Shown here piece by piece: positions 22,805-36,548 of a stretch of DNA of 64,000 nt. The position numbers were made by a program, and so were the translations under genes. The DNA comes from Lama guanicoe (taxonomy: Eukaryota). Where the stretch lies: positions 2,629,026 through 2,693,025 of the forward strand of contig MU053933.1 of NCBI GenBank assembly GCA_013239625.1, written 5' to 3'. How positions within the stretch are numbered: position 1 is the first letter of the stretch; each line of letters starts with the position of its first letter. The notes beneath the pieces were generated by a model. That model had not been told where the DNA came from, did not search any database, and was given only the letters and a program-made list of their open reading frames with translations.

Positions 22805-25800
22805 GGAGAGATCAGGATGTGGGAGGAGATGGTGTGGAGCTCACCTCCCGCCACGGACACATCAAAAATCCATCCGCCTGTGGGAAGATTCTCATGGAGA
22901 GCCAGCCGGACGCTGACACGGGACTCCTGCACAGCCAGGGCGAGGCTGCGAGGAAGGTACCCACGGAATCGGCAGAATGGGAAGAAAAGCACCGGGGCAG
23001 GGCCTGCACTCACGGGAGGGGGCTCCCAGGAAGGGGGAGGTCGCTTCCCGGGAAAGGGGAGGGCACAGGGGCGGACCTGCCCTGGGAGACAGCGGGTGGA
23101 GCCGCAGGCTGTGTCCGCTGTGCAGGAGGCAAGGCTGGCTGGCCGCTGGGAGAGCCGGGGGACAGACAGAAGGTGGGAGAAGCCTGGACTAAACTCTTGA
23201 GGAGGACACGGTGCTGGCTGAGCCCACCCAGATGGAGAGAGGTCTGCCCAATGCGCTGGCCCTGCTCGCTCCACGCCACACCTTGGCACTGGACCCAGGG
23301 CGGCCAAGATCGGGGAAGAGACTCCATGTAGGGACGCAGAGGCGACTCAGAGGCCTGGGGTGGGGCCCAGGCAGGGTGATGCGGCCGCTGTTGGAGCTCA
23401 CCCAAGCAGTGCCCCAAAGCAGCCCAGACTTCTGACGGCAGCGCGGCCACCTGGACTCCCACGACGGCCTCGCCAGGCACCCCAGCCCAGGCTGAGCGAG
23501 GGCTCCAGCCCCACCAGCTCCACGCACGTCACAGCACTAGGTCATGGGCGGCCACGCAGTGGAAAGAGGAGACCGAGGGCTGCACCTGAGCGGAGCCGCA
23601 GACGCCCACACAGGCGGCGCTCTGGACCTCTGTGAGTGCACGAGCCCCTCTGCTTCAGCCGTCCCCTCCTTCGGGGCAGAGACCCCAGTGTGAAGAGCAG
23701 AAAAAACACACGTAAAGGGAACAGATACTGACCGGTGTATATAAAATAGACAAACAAGTTCACACTGTATAGCACAGAGAAATATATTCAATATCTTACA
23801 GTAGCTTATGGTGAAAAAGAACATGAAAATGAACATATGTATATTCACGTATGACTGAAGCGCTGTGCTGTACACCAGGAATTGACACAACATTGTAAAC
23901 TGGCTATAACTCAGTAAAAAAATAAATAAGGGAACACAGCCAGCTTGAGCACATTTTTCAACCACAATGGTATGAAACTAGAATAAAAACGGGTAAAGAA
24001 CAAACACATAGAGACTAAACAACAAGCTACTAAAAAGCCAGTGGGTCAACAATGAAACCAAGGAGGAAATCAGAAAATACCTCGAGACAAATGAAAGTGG
24101 AAACACAACTTTCCAAAATACGTGGGATGTTCCAAAAGCAGCTCAAAGAGGGAAGTTCACAGCAATACAGGCCTTCCTCAAGAAACAAAAAAATCTCAAA
24201 GAAACAACCTAACCTACCATTTAAGAAGATTAGGAAAAGAAGAACAAAGCCCCAGGTCAGCAGAAGGAAGGAAATAATAAAGATCGAAGAGGAAGTAAAT
24301 AAAATAGAGGTTAAAAAATAAATAGGAAAGACCAGCAAAACCAAGAGCTGGTCTTTTGTACAGAAGAAAGAAAAAAGATAAACCTTCAGCCAGGCTCACC
24401 AAGAAGAAGAGAGAGAGGCCTTAAATAAACAACATAAGAAACGAAAGAGGAGCACTAATAACCAATACCACAGAGATACAAACGATCATAAGAGAACACT
24501 GAGAACAGTTACATGCCATCAAACTGGACAACCTAGAAGAAGTGGACAAATTTCTAGAAATGTACAGCCTGCCAAGACTGTCAAGAAGAAACAGACAATT
24601 TGAACAAGACCAATCACTAGAAGTGAAATTGATTTGTAATTAAAAACAAAAACAAAAACAAAAACTCCTAGCAAACAGAAGTCCAGGACCAGATGGCTTC
24701 ACGGGGAATTCTACAAAATGTATAAAGAAGAATTTATACCAATCCTTCTCAAACTATTCAAAAAAGTTGAAGAGGGTGGAATACGCCCAAATTTATTCTA
24801 CAAGGCCACTGTTACCCTGATACCAAAACCAGACAAAGAAACTACAAAAAAGAATATTAAGGACCAATATCTTTGATGAAAATAGATGCAAAAATCATTA
24901 ATGAAATACTAGCAAGCTGGACTCAACAATACATAACAAGGATCATATACTGTGGTCAAGTTAGATTCATCCCAGGGTCACAAGGATGACACAACATATG
25001 AAAATCAATCATTGTGATACACCACATTAACAGAAATAAAGATGGAAGCCATATAGTCATTTCAATAAACACAGAAAAAGAATTTGATAAAATTCAATAT
25101 CCATTTATGATTAAAAAAAATCTCTCATTAAAGTGGGTGTAGAGGGAACATACCTCAACATAATAAAGGCCATTTACAACAAACCCACAGCCAGCATAGT
25201 ACTCACTGGTGAAAAACTGAACGCCTTCCTGCTAAATTCAGAAACAAGACAAGGACGCCCACTCTCACCACTCCTATTTAACATAGTATTGGAAGTCGTA
25301 GCCACAGCAATCAGACAAGCAAAAGAAATAAAAGGCATCCAACGTGGAAGGAATGAGGTAAAACTGCCACTGTCTGTAGATGCCACAACACTCTATACAG
25401 GGAGTCCTACAGTCTCCTCCCAAATACTGTCAGATAATAAGTGAGCTCAGCAAGGCTGCAGGACACGTGATCACCACACAGAAACCTGCTGCATTGTACA
25501 CTACAATGAACATCAGAGAGAGAAAGTAAAAAAAAAAAAATTCTGTTTAAAATTGCATCAAACAGAATAAAATACTTAGTAATAAACGTAACCAAAGAGT
25601 TAAAAGACCTAAACTCTGAAAACTATAAAACACTGATGAAGGAAATTGAAGGTGATACAAAAATATAGGATATCCTGTGTCCTTGGATTGGAAGAATTAA
25701 TATTGTTAAAATGGCCATAGCGCTCAAAGCAGTCTGCAGATTTAATGCAATCCCTACCACTATTCATGCCGTTTTTCACAGAACTAGAACAAATAGTCCT

Positions 25801-26360
25801 AAAATTCATATAGAACCACTAAATGCCCCAAAGTGCCAAAGCAATCCTGAGAGAAAAAGAACAAAGCTGAAGATAGAACCCTCCTGGACTTCAGACTGTG
25901 CTACAGAGCTGCAGCGGTCAGCGCAGCTGCAGCGGTCAGAGCAGCATGGTGCTGGCGCAGACACCGGCTCATCGCCCAGTGGAACAGAATAGAGAGCCCA
26001 GACACGGACTGATGCGCCTGCGGTCAGTTAACCGGTGCCAGGGAGGCGAGAATACACAGTGGAGGTAACACAGTCCCTTCAGCAAGTGGTGCCGGGAAGA
26101 CTGGGCAGCAGCGTGCACGTCAGCGAGGCACAGCGCTCCTTTGCACCGCACACTGAAGTAAGCTCAGAATGGTTTAACGACCTAGTGTAAGACCTCAAAC
26201 CATAAAACTCCTAGAAAAAAACATGGGCAGAACACTCTGACAAATTGTAGCAGTATGTTCTTGGATGTATCTCCAAGGCAAAAGAAATAAAAGCAAAAAT
26301 AAACAAACGGGACCTAGTTAAACCTAAAAGCTTTTGCACAGCACAAAGGAAACCATTGAC
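22805..26360 (+). mobile_element. Decayed LINE-1: 5'UTR-like segment (about 22805-23700) and ORF2 remnant (about 23945-26360); ORF1 not recognisable
   Basis: ORF 25133-25444 [21 protein letters not shown]...[17 protein letters not shown] is L1 reverse transcriptase; A-rich sense strand; many stops and frameshifts. The 5'UTR assignment is less certain. Confidence 0.9.
23715..23936 (+). mobile_element. Short 5'-truncated L1 3' tail with A-tail and 9-bp target-site duplication
   Basis: aagggaaca at 23715-23723 and 23928-23936 flanks gctgtacaccaggaattgacacaacattgtaaactggctataactcagtaaaaaaataaat, a cetartiodactyl-type L1 3' end. Confidence 0.85.
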
Positions 26361-26944
26361 TTGGCCTGAGGGGACTGGCCGCACACCGGGCAGGTGCTGG
26401 AGGTCGGCCAGGTGTGCTGGTGACACCCTGACTAAACTGTGCCAAGGGAAACACCCCAGAGTGAAGGTGAGGGTGTCCTGGCAGCAGAGAATTGGTCATG
26501 TGAGGACATGGAGCTTCGAGGGCCGTGTGTTTGTCCCCTACCGAGCGGTGCCCCAGGACGCGCTGGGAGCGGCCAGCCGGGCCGCAGGAGGGCTGCCACG
26601 GCGCCCTTCCCTCGGACAGCCGGGCGGGGCCGCGCTGGGCTTCGGGCTCTTGGTCCAGGAGGGGCGTGGGTCCTGGCTTTTCTTCCAGGCTCCCCAGGAG
26701 CTGGAGCCACTTCCCAGAAACAGAAGCAGCCACGCCAGCCACTTGCATTGATCACAGACATAAGGGAACAAGCATGGTCAAACTTCAGAGGAAAATAAAC
26801 ACAAACGAGCATGACCTTATATGAGAAGTGGAACAACGGAGAGAAAACGGCTCAGAACAGAGGGAGATGCAAATGCTAGTCCCCCCGAAGTGTGTGGAGC
26901 CGTCGGCAAGTGCGGAAGGCAGATGCTCACTCGAAGCTCTAGAA

Positions 26945-27130
26945 AGTATTCACTTAACACATTCCATGTGAGTGGGGGGCGCTGTTCTGGGTGGTGGGGT
27001 GTGGGGTGAGCAGAGCAAAACAGCCCCCCACAGAGCTTACATTCTCGTGAGGGGAGAGGGGAGGGTGCGTCAGATACATCTCAGATAACTCCGAGCAGAA
27101 AAGTGTGAGACGTGGAAAGAGCTGGGAGAT
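26945..27130 (-). mobile_element. L2 3' fragment
   Basis: gcgctgttctggg...gtgagcagagcaaaacagccccccacagagcttacattctcgtgaggggag resembles the L2 3' end. Confidence 0.55.
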
Positions 27131-29934
27131 GTGGCAGTTGATGCGGAGGCCCGGTTCCCGCCTGGCAGCATCTCAGAAACAGAAAATCGAGAGGAGGAAG
27201 TAACAGGAGAAAAACCACTGATCCTGAAGGAAGGCATTAGTATTAAAACTGAAGGATGCGCTGAGCACTGAGCAGAACTAATGATGAAAAACCCCATCCC
27301 CAGCACATCCTTCTGGTTTGGGCACCGAGGGCAGAGGAAAGATGCCGAAAGCTTCTAAATTAACTCCAGCCAGTACCAGATTCATGTGCTGCTCGTCGGG
27401 GACCTTGCAAGCCGGCACAGTGACAAAACGGCCTCCCAGTTCTGAGGAGGAAAACACGTTGGTCCCAGCTTTTTTTATCAACCAAGGGTGAGTCAAACGT
27501 TACGATGAAGTAGTAGTTTTCAGATGCTCAAGGATTGAGAGGCATTTTCTCCGGCGTATATTTTTGGAGGAAGAAAAAGGTGAGGATGCTCCAGCAAAAT
27601 GGAATAGACATCTAAGAGAGAAATGCGGGCTCTGAGAAGAATCCTCCGTAAACCCAGGACACGATGGAGAGGAGGCAGCTCAGCAGCAAGCCTAGACAGC
27701 GCCAGCGCCAGCGCCGGGTCGCGACAGGGAGCCGTGTCGGAGAGCTCTAAAAGGAACATGTTTTCAGAAGAAAGCGAGTGTGTTTCAGCAAAGAGCCTGG
27801 GAAGCTGAGTGGTCTTTATGACAAAGCTTTTGTGAACAACAGAAAAGTAAAGGGACGTGGAAACTCTGGGAAACCCAAAAGGCTGCTCAGGAAAGAAGGT
27901 CCAAATAAAAGCAAACAAAAGTAAGGTGTTGTGAAGGGGAATTTGTGTGTTACCTTGACTGGCCACGGGGCGTCCAGATTGTCATGGCTTCTGGGGTGTC
28001 TGGCAGGTGTTTCCAGGTGGGTTAGCCTTGGAGTCGGTGGATTCAGTAAAGCACACTGCCCTCCCCGGCGACGGTGGCAGCATTTAATCCGCGGAGGGCA
28101 GAACAGAACAGAACAGAAAGTGAGGAACAAAGAACCTGCCCCTTTTCTTGCTTCGTGGTTGGAGCCAGGGCACCTCAGCTCACTGTCTCCCACGGCGTGC
28201 CTGGGACTTGCCCCGCCCACCCCGGCTCTCGGGCCTCTGGTCTCAGACTGACCGTGCCGCCGCTGTCCTGGGCCTCCAGTCTGCGGACGGCAGGGACTTC
28301 TCAGCCCCGCCGTAGGTGGTGTGAGCCAGTCCCTCGTGGTCACTCTCCGAGCTCTGGTTCTGCTTCTCTGGAGGACGTGACTGATACCGGCGTGACCTGA
28401 GCAGCTGGTGGGAGGCAGGACAGACTCCATCGGAAGCGGCGCTGGGAGCAGCCTCCCTGGAGGGGCTCAGTGCTCAGTCCAGAGTCATCGATGGTGAAGG
28501 TGGTTTCTCTGACCACAAGGCGCTGAAACTGAAGGCTGGCTACAAAGGGTTAAAATTTAAAGTCTAACGGCTCAGCCACTTAGAGGTTAGGCTCTTAACA
28601 ATTCTCAGATTGGAGACGAAACCGGAACTTAAACTGCTGGCCACGCAGTGGACACGAGTCAGACGTGGCGAGGGGGAGCCGCTGGTCCGCTCAGCAGGGT
28701 CCCGGCCTGTGAGGGAGTGAAGGTGAGCCAGCCTCTGGGCCCGGAACCCGGGGGAGGAAGGTGCAGCAAAGCAAACAGGGGCCGGGGAAGGAAGGAGACA
28801 GAGAGCGAGGGGGAGGCAGGGAAACGGGAACGGGTTAGAGTCAATCACCAAACTAGGAGATGCTGGCGTGAAAGAACCACGCCGCGACGCGCTGCCGGCA
28901 ACGCAGCGCTCACGAAGGAGGGCCGGGCGCCCTGAGGGCGTTGGGACTTCAGGACGACCCTGTCTGTACCTCTAACGCTGACGAGTCGGGAAACCTCAGC
29001 AACAGCGACAAAGGGTGAGTAAGGAGACGGAAACTGCTAACGTCGACCCGAGGGGGTGACAAAGCTCTGGCAGGCGGCGCTTCCAGGGAAGGTGCTGGAA
29101 ACGCTGTCGAGGGTGGACAGCCTTCTGAATGTCTGCAGAGGGCTTGGTCAGCCTGCCGAGGAGCTGCGATCCCAGCTGCGCGTCGGCTTCCCAGGAAAGG
29201 GCAGCTGACCTCTTCTTCTAACACTGGACAAAGAAACACTAACAACAACTGCAGGACAGTGTCCCCTGTGGCTGTGGGCGCGCAACGCCTAAATGAGACG
29301 CCAGGGGGTGGAACTTGCAGCGCGCCCCGGACCCCAGGTGGAGAGCAGCTTTGCCCCTGGTGCTGAGGTGTGGTCCTCACAGGCGCCCGGTCGGTCTCAG
29401 GCCGTTCCAGAGGGCACGCTGGCGCTCCTTCCCATCGGGGGGAATCTGTCTATGGCATCTTTAACACTTACATGTAAGAGATTTTTCTCTTTTCTAAAGA
29501 CAGCAGCCAGGGCCCCACCAACACCTACCCAGTCGGAATGTCTGACGGACAATCACGTGCTCATCGTTGGTGCGCCGCACTGATCCCGCCTGCTTGCCAA
29601 CCACTAAAACTATCGCAGCGCCTGCTGGCCTGCTGGCGCTTTCGTTTTCTTCTCCAGGGTGTGTGTGGGGTTTTGGACTTTTCCCCAATGAGCAAGTATT
29701 ATTACCTTTTTACTGAGAACAGCGTTCTTCCTTCTTACGTGCCCCTGTAGTGTTTTTCAGAGCTTCACTGAGGCACACCCGACATACGACAGACTGTACT
29801 TACAGGGCCTGTGTTCGGGCCCGCGTCTGCGTCGGTCCTGCCACCACGCAGCGGAGACGCTGACCCACCCTCAGCTCCAGGTGTCCTAGCCCCCCCGCAG
29901 CCCCCCTGCTCTCTCCAGCCCTCCCCAGGCCGCC

Positions 29935-32900
29935 GCTCACATGCGTACTGCCAAAATGGGTTAGTTTGCATTTTCTAGGATTGTACAAGAATCATGAGAT
30001 GTGTGCTTTTTTGTCTAGCGTATTCCATCCAGCATGATGTCATTATTTTGCGATTCCTCCATGTTTGCTGTCTGTCGGTGGCTCGTTAGCCCTTGTCATC
30101 GCTGCGTCACGTTCCGCTGTGGGATCAGCCAGTCTGTTCATCCAGCAGCTGTTGACGGTATCTGGCAGTTTCCAGTCTTCTACTGCCTCAGGCGAAGCTG
30201 CCGAGAACGCCCGTGTGCAAGCACCTCTCCTGTAAACGCCGGGGGGTGGGAAGGCTGGCTCATGGCTTGGGTGTGCGTTGAGCTTTTTAAACACTGCCAC
30301 ACTTTGCCTAGGCGGTTGTACCATTTTCCCCTCCCACCAGCACTGCCGGAGCGAGCCAGGTCCTTCCCACCCCGGCCAGCACTTAGCGTGGGCAGCGGTT
30401 TGGGACATGCTGATGGCTGTGGTGTCACACTGGTTCTAGCTTGTACTTCCCGCGTGACTGACGGACGTGAGCTTCTCTTCGTGTGCTGGTGCCATCTGTG
30501 TGACTTCTCCGATACATTGTTCAAAACTTTTCACGTTTCTTACTACTGAGTTTTGAGAGCGACTTACATACTCCGGATACAAGTCCTTTATCAGACATGA
30601 TTAGAAACGTTCGTCTTTCTGCTCTCTCAGCAGGGTCTTTCAGAGACCAGATAATATTTTGATATGGATAAAATTTCTGATAAAATTCTGTTTATCAGTT
30701 TCTCTCTGTTGGATCATGCTTTTGATATTGTAGCCAAGAAATGTCTGCCTGAGTCTGTGTCACAAAGATTTCTCCCTATGTTGTGTCCTTAGAAATTTTA
30801 GTTTCAGTTTTTGCATTTCGGACTAGACTCCATTTTAAGTGAAAGTTTGTATAGACGTGAGGTGTGAAGCTCATTTTGTAACATATAAGATAATTGTTCC
30901 AGCACCATTTGTTGAAAAGTGCCACCTTTACCGAACTGCCTTTGCACCTTTGTCAAAAATCAGGGCTTTTTCAGTTTATATTTTAAAAGACCAGCTTGCA
31001 TGTGTATGTTTAGGTCTGGTTTTGGACGCTGGTGTTTTCCATTCATCTCTTGTCTGTCTTGAAGCCAGTATCACGTCATGATAACTGTAGTTTCATTGTA
31101 AGTTTTGAGATCAGGTAGGGTTAATCCTCCAGCTCTGTACTTCTTCAAAGTTGTCTTGGCCACTTAGGTCCTTTTTGCATCTTCATAACAATTTTATAAT
31201 CAGCTTACCGGTTTGTTCATAGAAGCTGGCTTGGATTCGGCTGAGATTGTGCTGAACATGCAGGTCAGCCGGGGGAGAACCAGCATCTCGGGGTTTTGAG
31301 TGTTCAGGTGACGGAGGCCGAGCGTCTCTGCGTTTACTCGGGTCTTGCGCTTCCTCACGGGCCGGTGCTCCCTGGTTGACAGCACCCCCACCTTACACGT
31401 CTGGTCAGATTTAGCTCCAGGTGCTTCCTAGTTTTGATGCTCTTTTGAAGGCTGTACTCCAGCTTCCAGTCGTTCACTGCACGGACACCGAGAGAGCGCT
31501 TACAGCAGCTTTTCTGCAGATTGGACTGAAGCTGCTCTCTGTGCGAGCCTGTGGCTCATGTTTTCCCTCTTCCTGCACATCTGGGCGCCCTTGACTTCTC
31601 TCTCCTTCCTGCGCCTGGGCGGGCCTGCAGCGCAGGGCCGGGCCGACTCGGTCAGAGCCGCCGGCCTGTCCCGTGTGCGGCCTCGGGGCAGGCACGCAGC
31701 CTCACCCGGAAGTATGACGCAGCCTGCGCACTTTTCCTTTTCATGAGTTTAAGGCAATTTCCTTCTAGTCCTAACTTGCTAAAGGGTTTAAGTCAGGAAT
31801 TAATGTTGGGTTTTGCCAGATGCTTTTTTTCTACTTTATTGAGATGATCATTTGTGGAGTTGTTGTTTTTTTTTTTAAGTTAATGTGACATTGATTGATT
31901 TCTTTAAATATTAAACCAACCTTGCCTTCCTAGAGCAACTCTAACAGTCATATGTATTACTCTTTTTATACGTTGTTGGATTCAGTTTGCTAAACTTTTG
32001 TTTTTATGGTGTTTTTATGAATTTTTGCTTCTGTAGTACACTGGTCTGTGTGGATGTTGGTCTCTAGTTTTGGGGAGGTTTTCAAAAAATTTCTTTGTCA
32101 GGTTTTGGCATCAGGATAATGCTGGCTTCATAAAATGAGCTGAGAATCATTTCTTCCTCTTCTGTTTTCCAGAGAAATTTGTTTAGATTTGATATCAGAT
32201 TTTTCCATCCGAGCCTAAAGGATTTTTTGTGAGAAAGTATCTACAAATTCAGTTTCTATAATAGATACAGGGCTATTCATGTGATCTATTTGTTCTTGAG
32301 TGAGCTTTGATGATTTGTGTCTTTTAGGGAACTTCTCTGTTTCATCTAAGTTGTTGAATTTATTGGCAAAAAAGTGTTCATGACATTCATGTACTGTCCT
32401 CTTCGTGTCTGTGGGGGCTGCAGTGGTAGCTCCTCTTTAATTTCCTGTATCATGATTTGTGTCTTCTCTTTTTCCCCTATCAGTCTAGCTAGAAGTTTAT
32501 CAATTTTACTGATTTTTTTCTCTTAAGGACCAACTTTTAGTTTCATTGATTTTTTTTCTGCTGTTTTCTATTTTTCTCAACGATTTCTGCTCTAATCTTT
32601 ATTATTCCCTTTTTTCTGCTTTATGTTTTGATTGCTTTTCTTTTTCTAGTCTTTAAGGTGCTAGTTGAGGTCATTGTTTAGAGACCTTTCTTTACTGATT
32701 TCACAGCATTTCACAAATGTTGATACGTTGTGCTGTTATTTTCATTCATTTTGAAATACTTTGTCTCATGGGTTATTTAGAAATCTGCTATTTAGGTTCA
32801 AAATACTAGGACATTTTTACAGAGATCTTTCTGTGCTAAATTAGTTTCAATTTGTGACTTGAGTCCTTTTAAATTTATTGAGAATTGATTTAAGGACCAG

Positions 32901-34560
32901 GGTGTGATCTTTGTAAGTGTCCCATGAAAACTTGGGAGGGACGTGTGTCTGCTGCTGGGGAGAATGTCCCGTCAGCTGTCAGTTAGATCAGGTTGATCGA
33001 CTGTGTCATGTGCATCTTCTGTGTCCATGGTGATCTTCTGCTCAGCCTGTCAGTTGTTGAGAGAGGGTGCTGGGAATCTCTTGGCTGTAATTCTGCTTTT
33101 GTCTATTTCTCTTTCCAGTTTTTTTAATTTTTGCTATTTTGCAGCTCTGTGATTAGGTACAAATTTAGGGTTGTTGGTTCCTCTTAATAAACTGATGTCC
33201 TTTTTCATTATAAAATGGCCTTCTTTATCTCTGGTAATTTTGAGTTGTGGCAGCACAGTATCTGTGCCCATACTTTTATTTAAAACTATTTTATACTATT
33301 TTATGTTGAAATTATGTTTCTTGTAGGCAGCATGCCTTTGGATTTTGCTTTTTCCCACCCCAGTTAACATCTCTGCCTTTTCAGTGTGGTACTTAGGCCA
33401 TTGACATTTGTTGTGGTTATTGATACGGTTAGGTTTGAATTTGTCATCTTGCTGCTTATTCTCTATTTGTCCTGTATGTTCTTTGTTCCCTTTTCCTCTC
33501 TTTCGTACATCTTTTTGCATGAATTGAGTCTGTTTTGCCTCTCTAACTCCTTCTAACAAAAGCTGGGACTTTTTGTTTTGCGGCCTTAGCTGGTACATTA
33601 GGGCTCGTGGTCTGCACCTCCTGCTTCTCACAATCTGCCTTCCAGCAACGCTGGACCATTTCGTGTTCAGTGTGAGAACCTCACAAAGCGCATTTCCATT
33701 TCTGTCCTGCCCCTGTCGTGCTGTTGTCATCCATTTAGCTCTCACGCATGTTAGACATCCCGCACTGCTACTTTTGTTTCAGTTGTCAGCTTTGGGGGAG
33801 GTTTACCGCTTCTGGCACTCCTCGCTCCTTTGTGTGGACCCTCACCTCCCTCTGCCTGCAGGACTTCCTCTCCCATTCCGCGCAGTGCGTGGCTTCTAAT
33901 GATGAATTCTTTCAGCTTTGGTATGTCTGAACGCATACTTAGTTTGCTTTCATTTTTGAACCCTATTTCCGGGGCACTGCTGGACTTCCTGGCACTTTAG
34001 AGATGCTGTTCCCCAGCCGTCCTGTCGGCACTGCTTCCGGTGAGACATCTTCGGTGGTCCGTGTCTTTGTCCCTCCGGGCTGGTGTGTCTTCTCCTCTGG
34101 CCATCGTGCTTTCTCTTGATGCTGCTGTGGAGCGATTTGTTATGACGTGCTTTGGCATGGCTTTTTGCACATTCCTTGTGCTTGGGCTTCACAGAGGTTC
34201 ATAGACCTATGGACTTACTGATTTCATCAAGTTCGGAAATTTTTTCAGATTTTTTCTGCAGATATTTTTTCTGCCCTCCTTTCTCTCTTCTCTCCTTCAG
34301 GAGCTCCAGTTGCACGTATATTGGGCTGCTGAAATTTGTCCAACAGCTCTCTGGTTTTCTGGGGTTTTTTTTTTCCAGTTCCTTTTTTCCTCTCTATTTC
34401 ATTTTAGACAGTTTTTGTTACTGTATCTTTAAGTTCACTCATTCCACAGTTTTTATTCTGTGGTTAATTCCATCAAGAGCATTTTCACTCAGCTGTGTGG
34501 TGGTTTTCATCTCTGCAAGTGTGTATCTTGTGTCTGTGTGTCCCATGTGGGTGCTGGGCA
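29935..34560 (-). mobile_element. Long old L1M element, antisense (3'UTR at left, ORF2 and ORF1 remnants at right)
   Basis: T-rich plus strand with L1 antisense words (ccagcaccatttgttgaaaag, ggttttggcatcaggataatgctggcttcataaaatgag); minus-strand peptide ENALDGINHRIKT is ORF1p-like. Confidence 0.88.
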
Positions 34561-34809
34561 CCCTCCTCTCGCCCTGCAGGTGGTTCTTCCACAGCCCCAA
34601 ATAATATATGTGCTCTGACCAGCCCACGCTGGACACCCCAGGGCCCCTCACCTCTGGTCCCCCGTCCTCCGGACTCTGGGTGCCTTGGTCTCCCTGTGCT
34701 CTCAGTCCCAGGAGTCTGTGGGCTCAGTCACGCATCTGGTCATCCCGGCTGGCAGGTTTTATAGGATTATTACTCAGAGGTTTGCTTCGTGCCTCCCGGT
34801 CCTAGGCTG

Positions 34810-35000
34810 GGCAGAGACTGAGGCAAGAACTCCAGGTGCTTCACTTGGGTGTGTGAACTTAGGGCAGCAGCCAGACGAAGGGGAAGTGAGACAAGGAAGG
34901 ATCTGAGACGAAAGTTCCTGCCACTGCTGCTTCAGGACAGGCCCTGGCAGTGCATCTGCTCAGCAGCAGGGCAGGGACCGGGAGGGCTGTTCCCGTAGGA
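34810..35000. mobile_element. Possible ancient ERVL LTR fragment (LTR33-like)
   Basis: gcagagactgaggcaagaactcc...ggggaagtgagacaaggaagg motif. Confidence 0.4.
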
Positions 35001-36548
35001 GCTGACCCCGGCCCCTCCCATCCTGTCACCCCAGGCAGATGCAGGGTGTGCGGTGTGAGAGGTGGTGGAGAGGTGGGTCTGAAGCTTGGGGAGGGTCAGC
35101 CATAGGTCAGACCCAGGACCAGTGGGGTGACCTGCACTCTGCTCTGTCTGTGGGCGTTTTCCACCCTTGCCCCGCTGAGCAGCCTGGGCCTGGCTCCCTG
35201 GGTGGAACCTGACCCCACTCTCAAGTTCTTCACCATGTCTGCAGGAGGACTGTGTGAGCTGCTCAGTAGGCACTGGGCCGCCCCCCAGGTGCTCGGAAAA
35301 GACCTTAGAGGTGGCCACCGTGGCCAGTAGAATTTAGGCGCCAAAACAGGTCAGTAGGAACTGGTCAAATTTGTGGTTGGATGAATCTGTGCCTTCCTGT
35401 AGATGGGGTATCATTGGGTGCCCCGTAACCTGGAGTCACTGCGACCCACTGCAAAACCTGGTGCAGAGCCCACGAGCCTGAGGGGAGCCCAGCGCCCCGC
35501 CCCTCCTCCCCCAGGAGAAGCTGTCCCGCGGTGCAGGGCGGCCCCCGGCCATGTCCAGGGACTAGTGTTAAACCCCAGGCGTTGAGGAGCCGTCGGGTGC
35601 CGTTACAGACGGCGCCGCCTCTCCGCGCGTCCGTGCAACACGCACCCGGGCGGAGCAGGCGCCACCTCGTCCCCGCGGAAAGGGCCCGGATTGCACATTC
35701 AACACCTATCGTCCCTTAACTGCGTGTCCCAGCGTCGTGGCCTGTAAATGTGAATTTTCCTGCTGCTTTCAGACAAGCTGCCACCCGGCCCTCAGGAAGA
35801 GAGGCCTCTGCACTGAAAGTGGCCCGGGCCCCGTGGACGCCCCGCCATCTGCGCACTGGCCCGGGCTCCCGGGACGCCCCGCTGGCTGCGCATCGGGCCG
35901 GGCGAGCGCAGCCGGCGGAGCTCTGTCAGTGCAGGGGGCTCGGCCCCGGCCGAGGTCTGGGAAGTGCAATTTGCGTGGCGTCGTGTCGTCCCCGAGGTTG
36001 AATCACCAGGCTGTGCATACGGTGGGCGTGTGTGCTCAGCCCCATCCCCCGAGCGCCTCTCCACTCAGTGCCACACAGCGAGCCTCCGCTGAGTTAGCAG
36101 GAGAGCGCGGCGTGGTGAGAGGGCACCGCCGTGCGCTGGTGGAGGAGCCGGATGCCTGTCTTGAACGCAGCACGTGGAGGGGCCGGGCAGGAGCCCCAAA
36201 CCTGGGTGTGACACGCTAAGGAGCACAGCTTTGTGCCACCCTGGATCAGTCCCAGAGGTGGGGCCCATCTGCACCTGAGCCACCCACACTTCTAGAGACT
36301 TCGGCCCCCAGTAAGCTCAGAAGTGCTGTGAAGTCTCACGGTTTTAGGTTTCAGGAGACCTGGCCGCCTCCCTGCGGACCAGTGTGCGCTGGGCGGCTCC
36401 AGACAGGTTGCTGCTGGGAGGAGACGCGCCTGGGCCGGGCGCACCTGGGGCTGGGTCTCTGCAGCGCCGAGCGGCTCCCGTGCTGGTGCCGCACGTCTCC
36501 CGTGTGGCTCCCGTGAGGCTCCGCGTCACCTCCCCTGTCTTGTTCCAG

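Noticed and set aside
25133..25444. Reverse transcriptase ORF as an active or novel RT system
   Set aside because: Short fragment of a decayed L1 ORF2 with stops and frameshifts on both sides.
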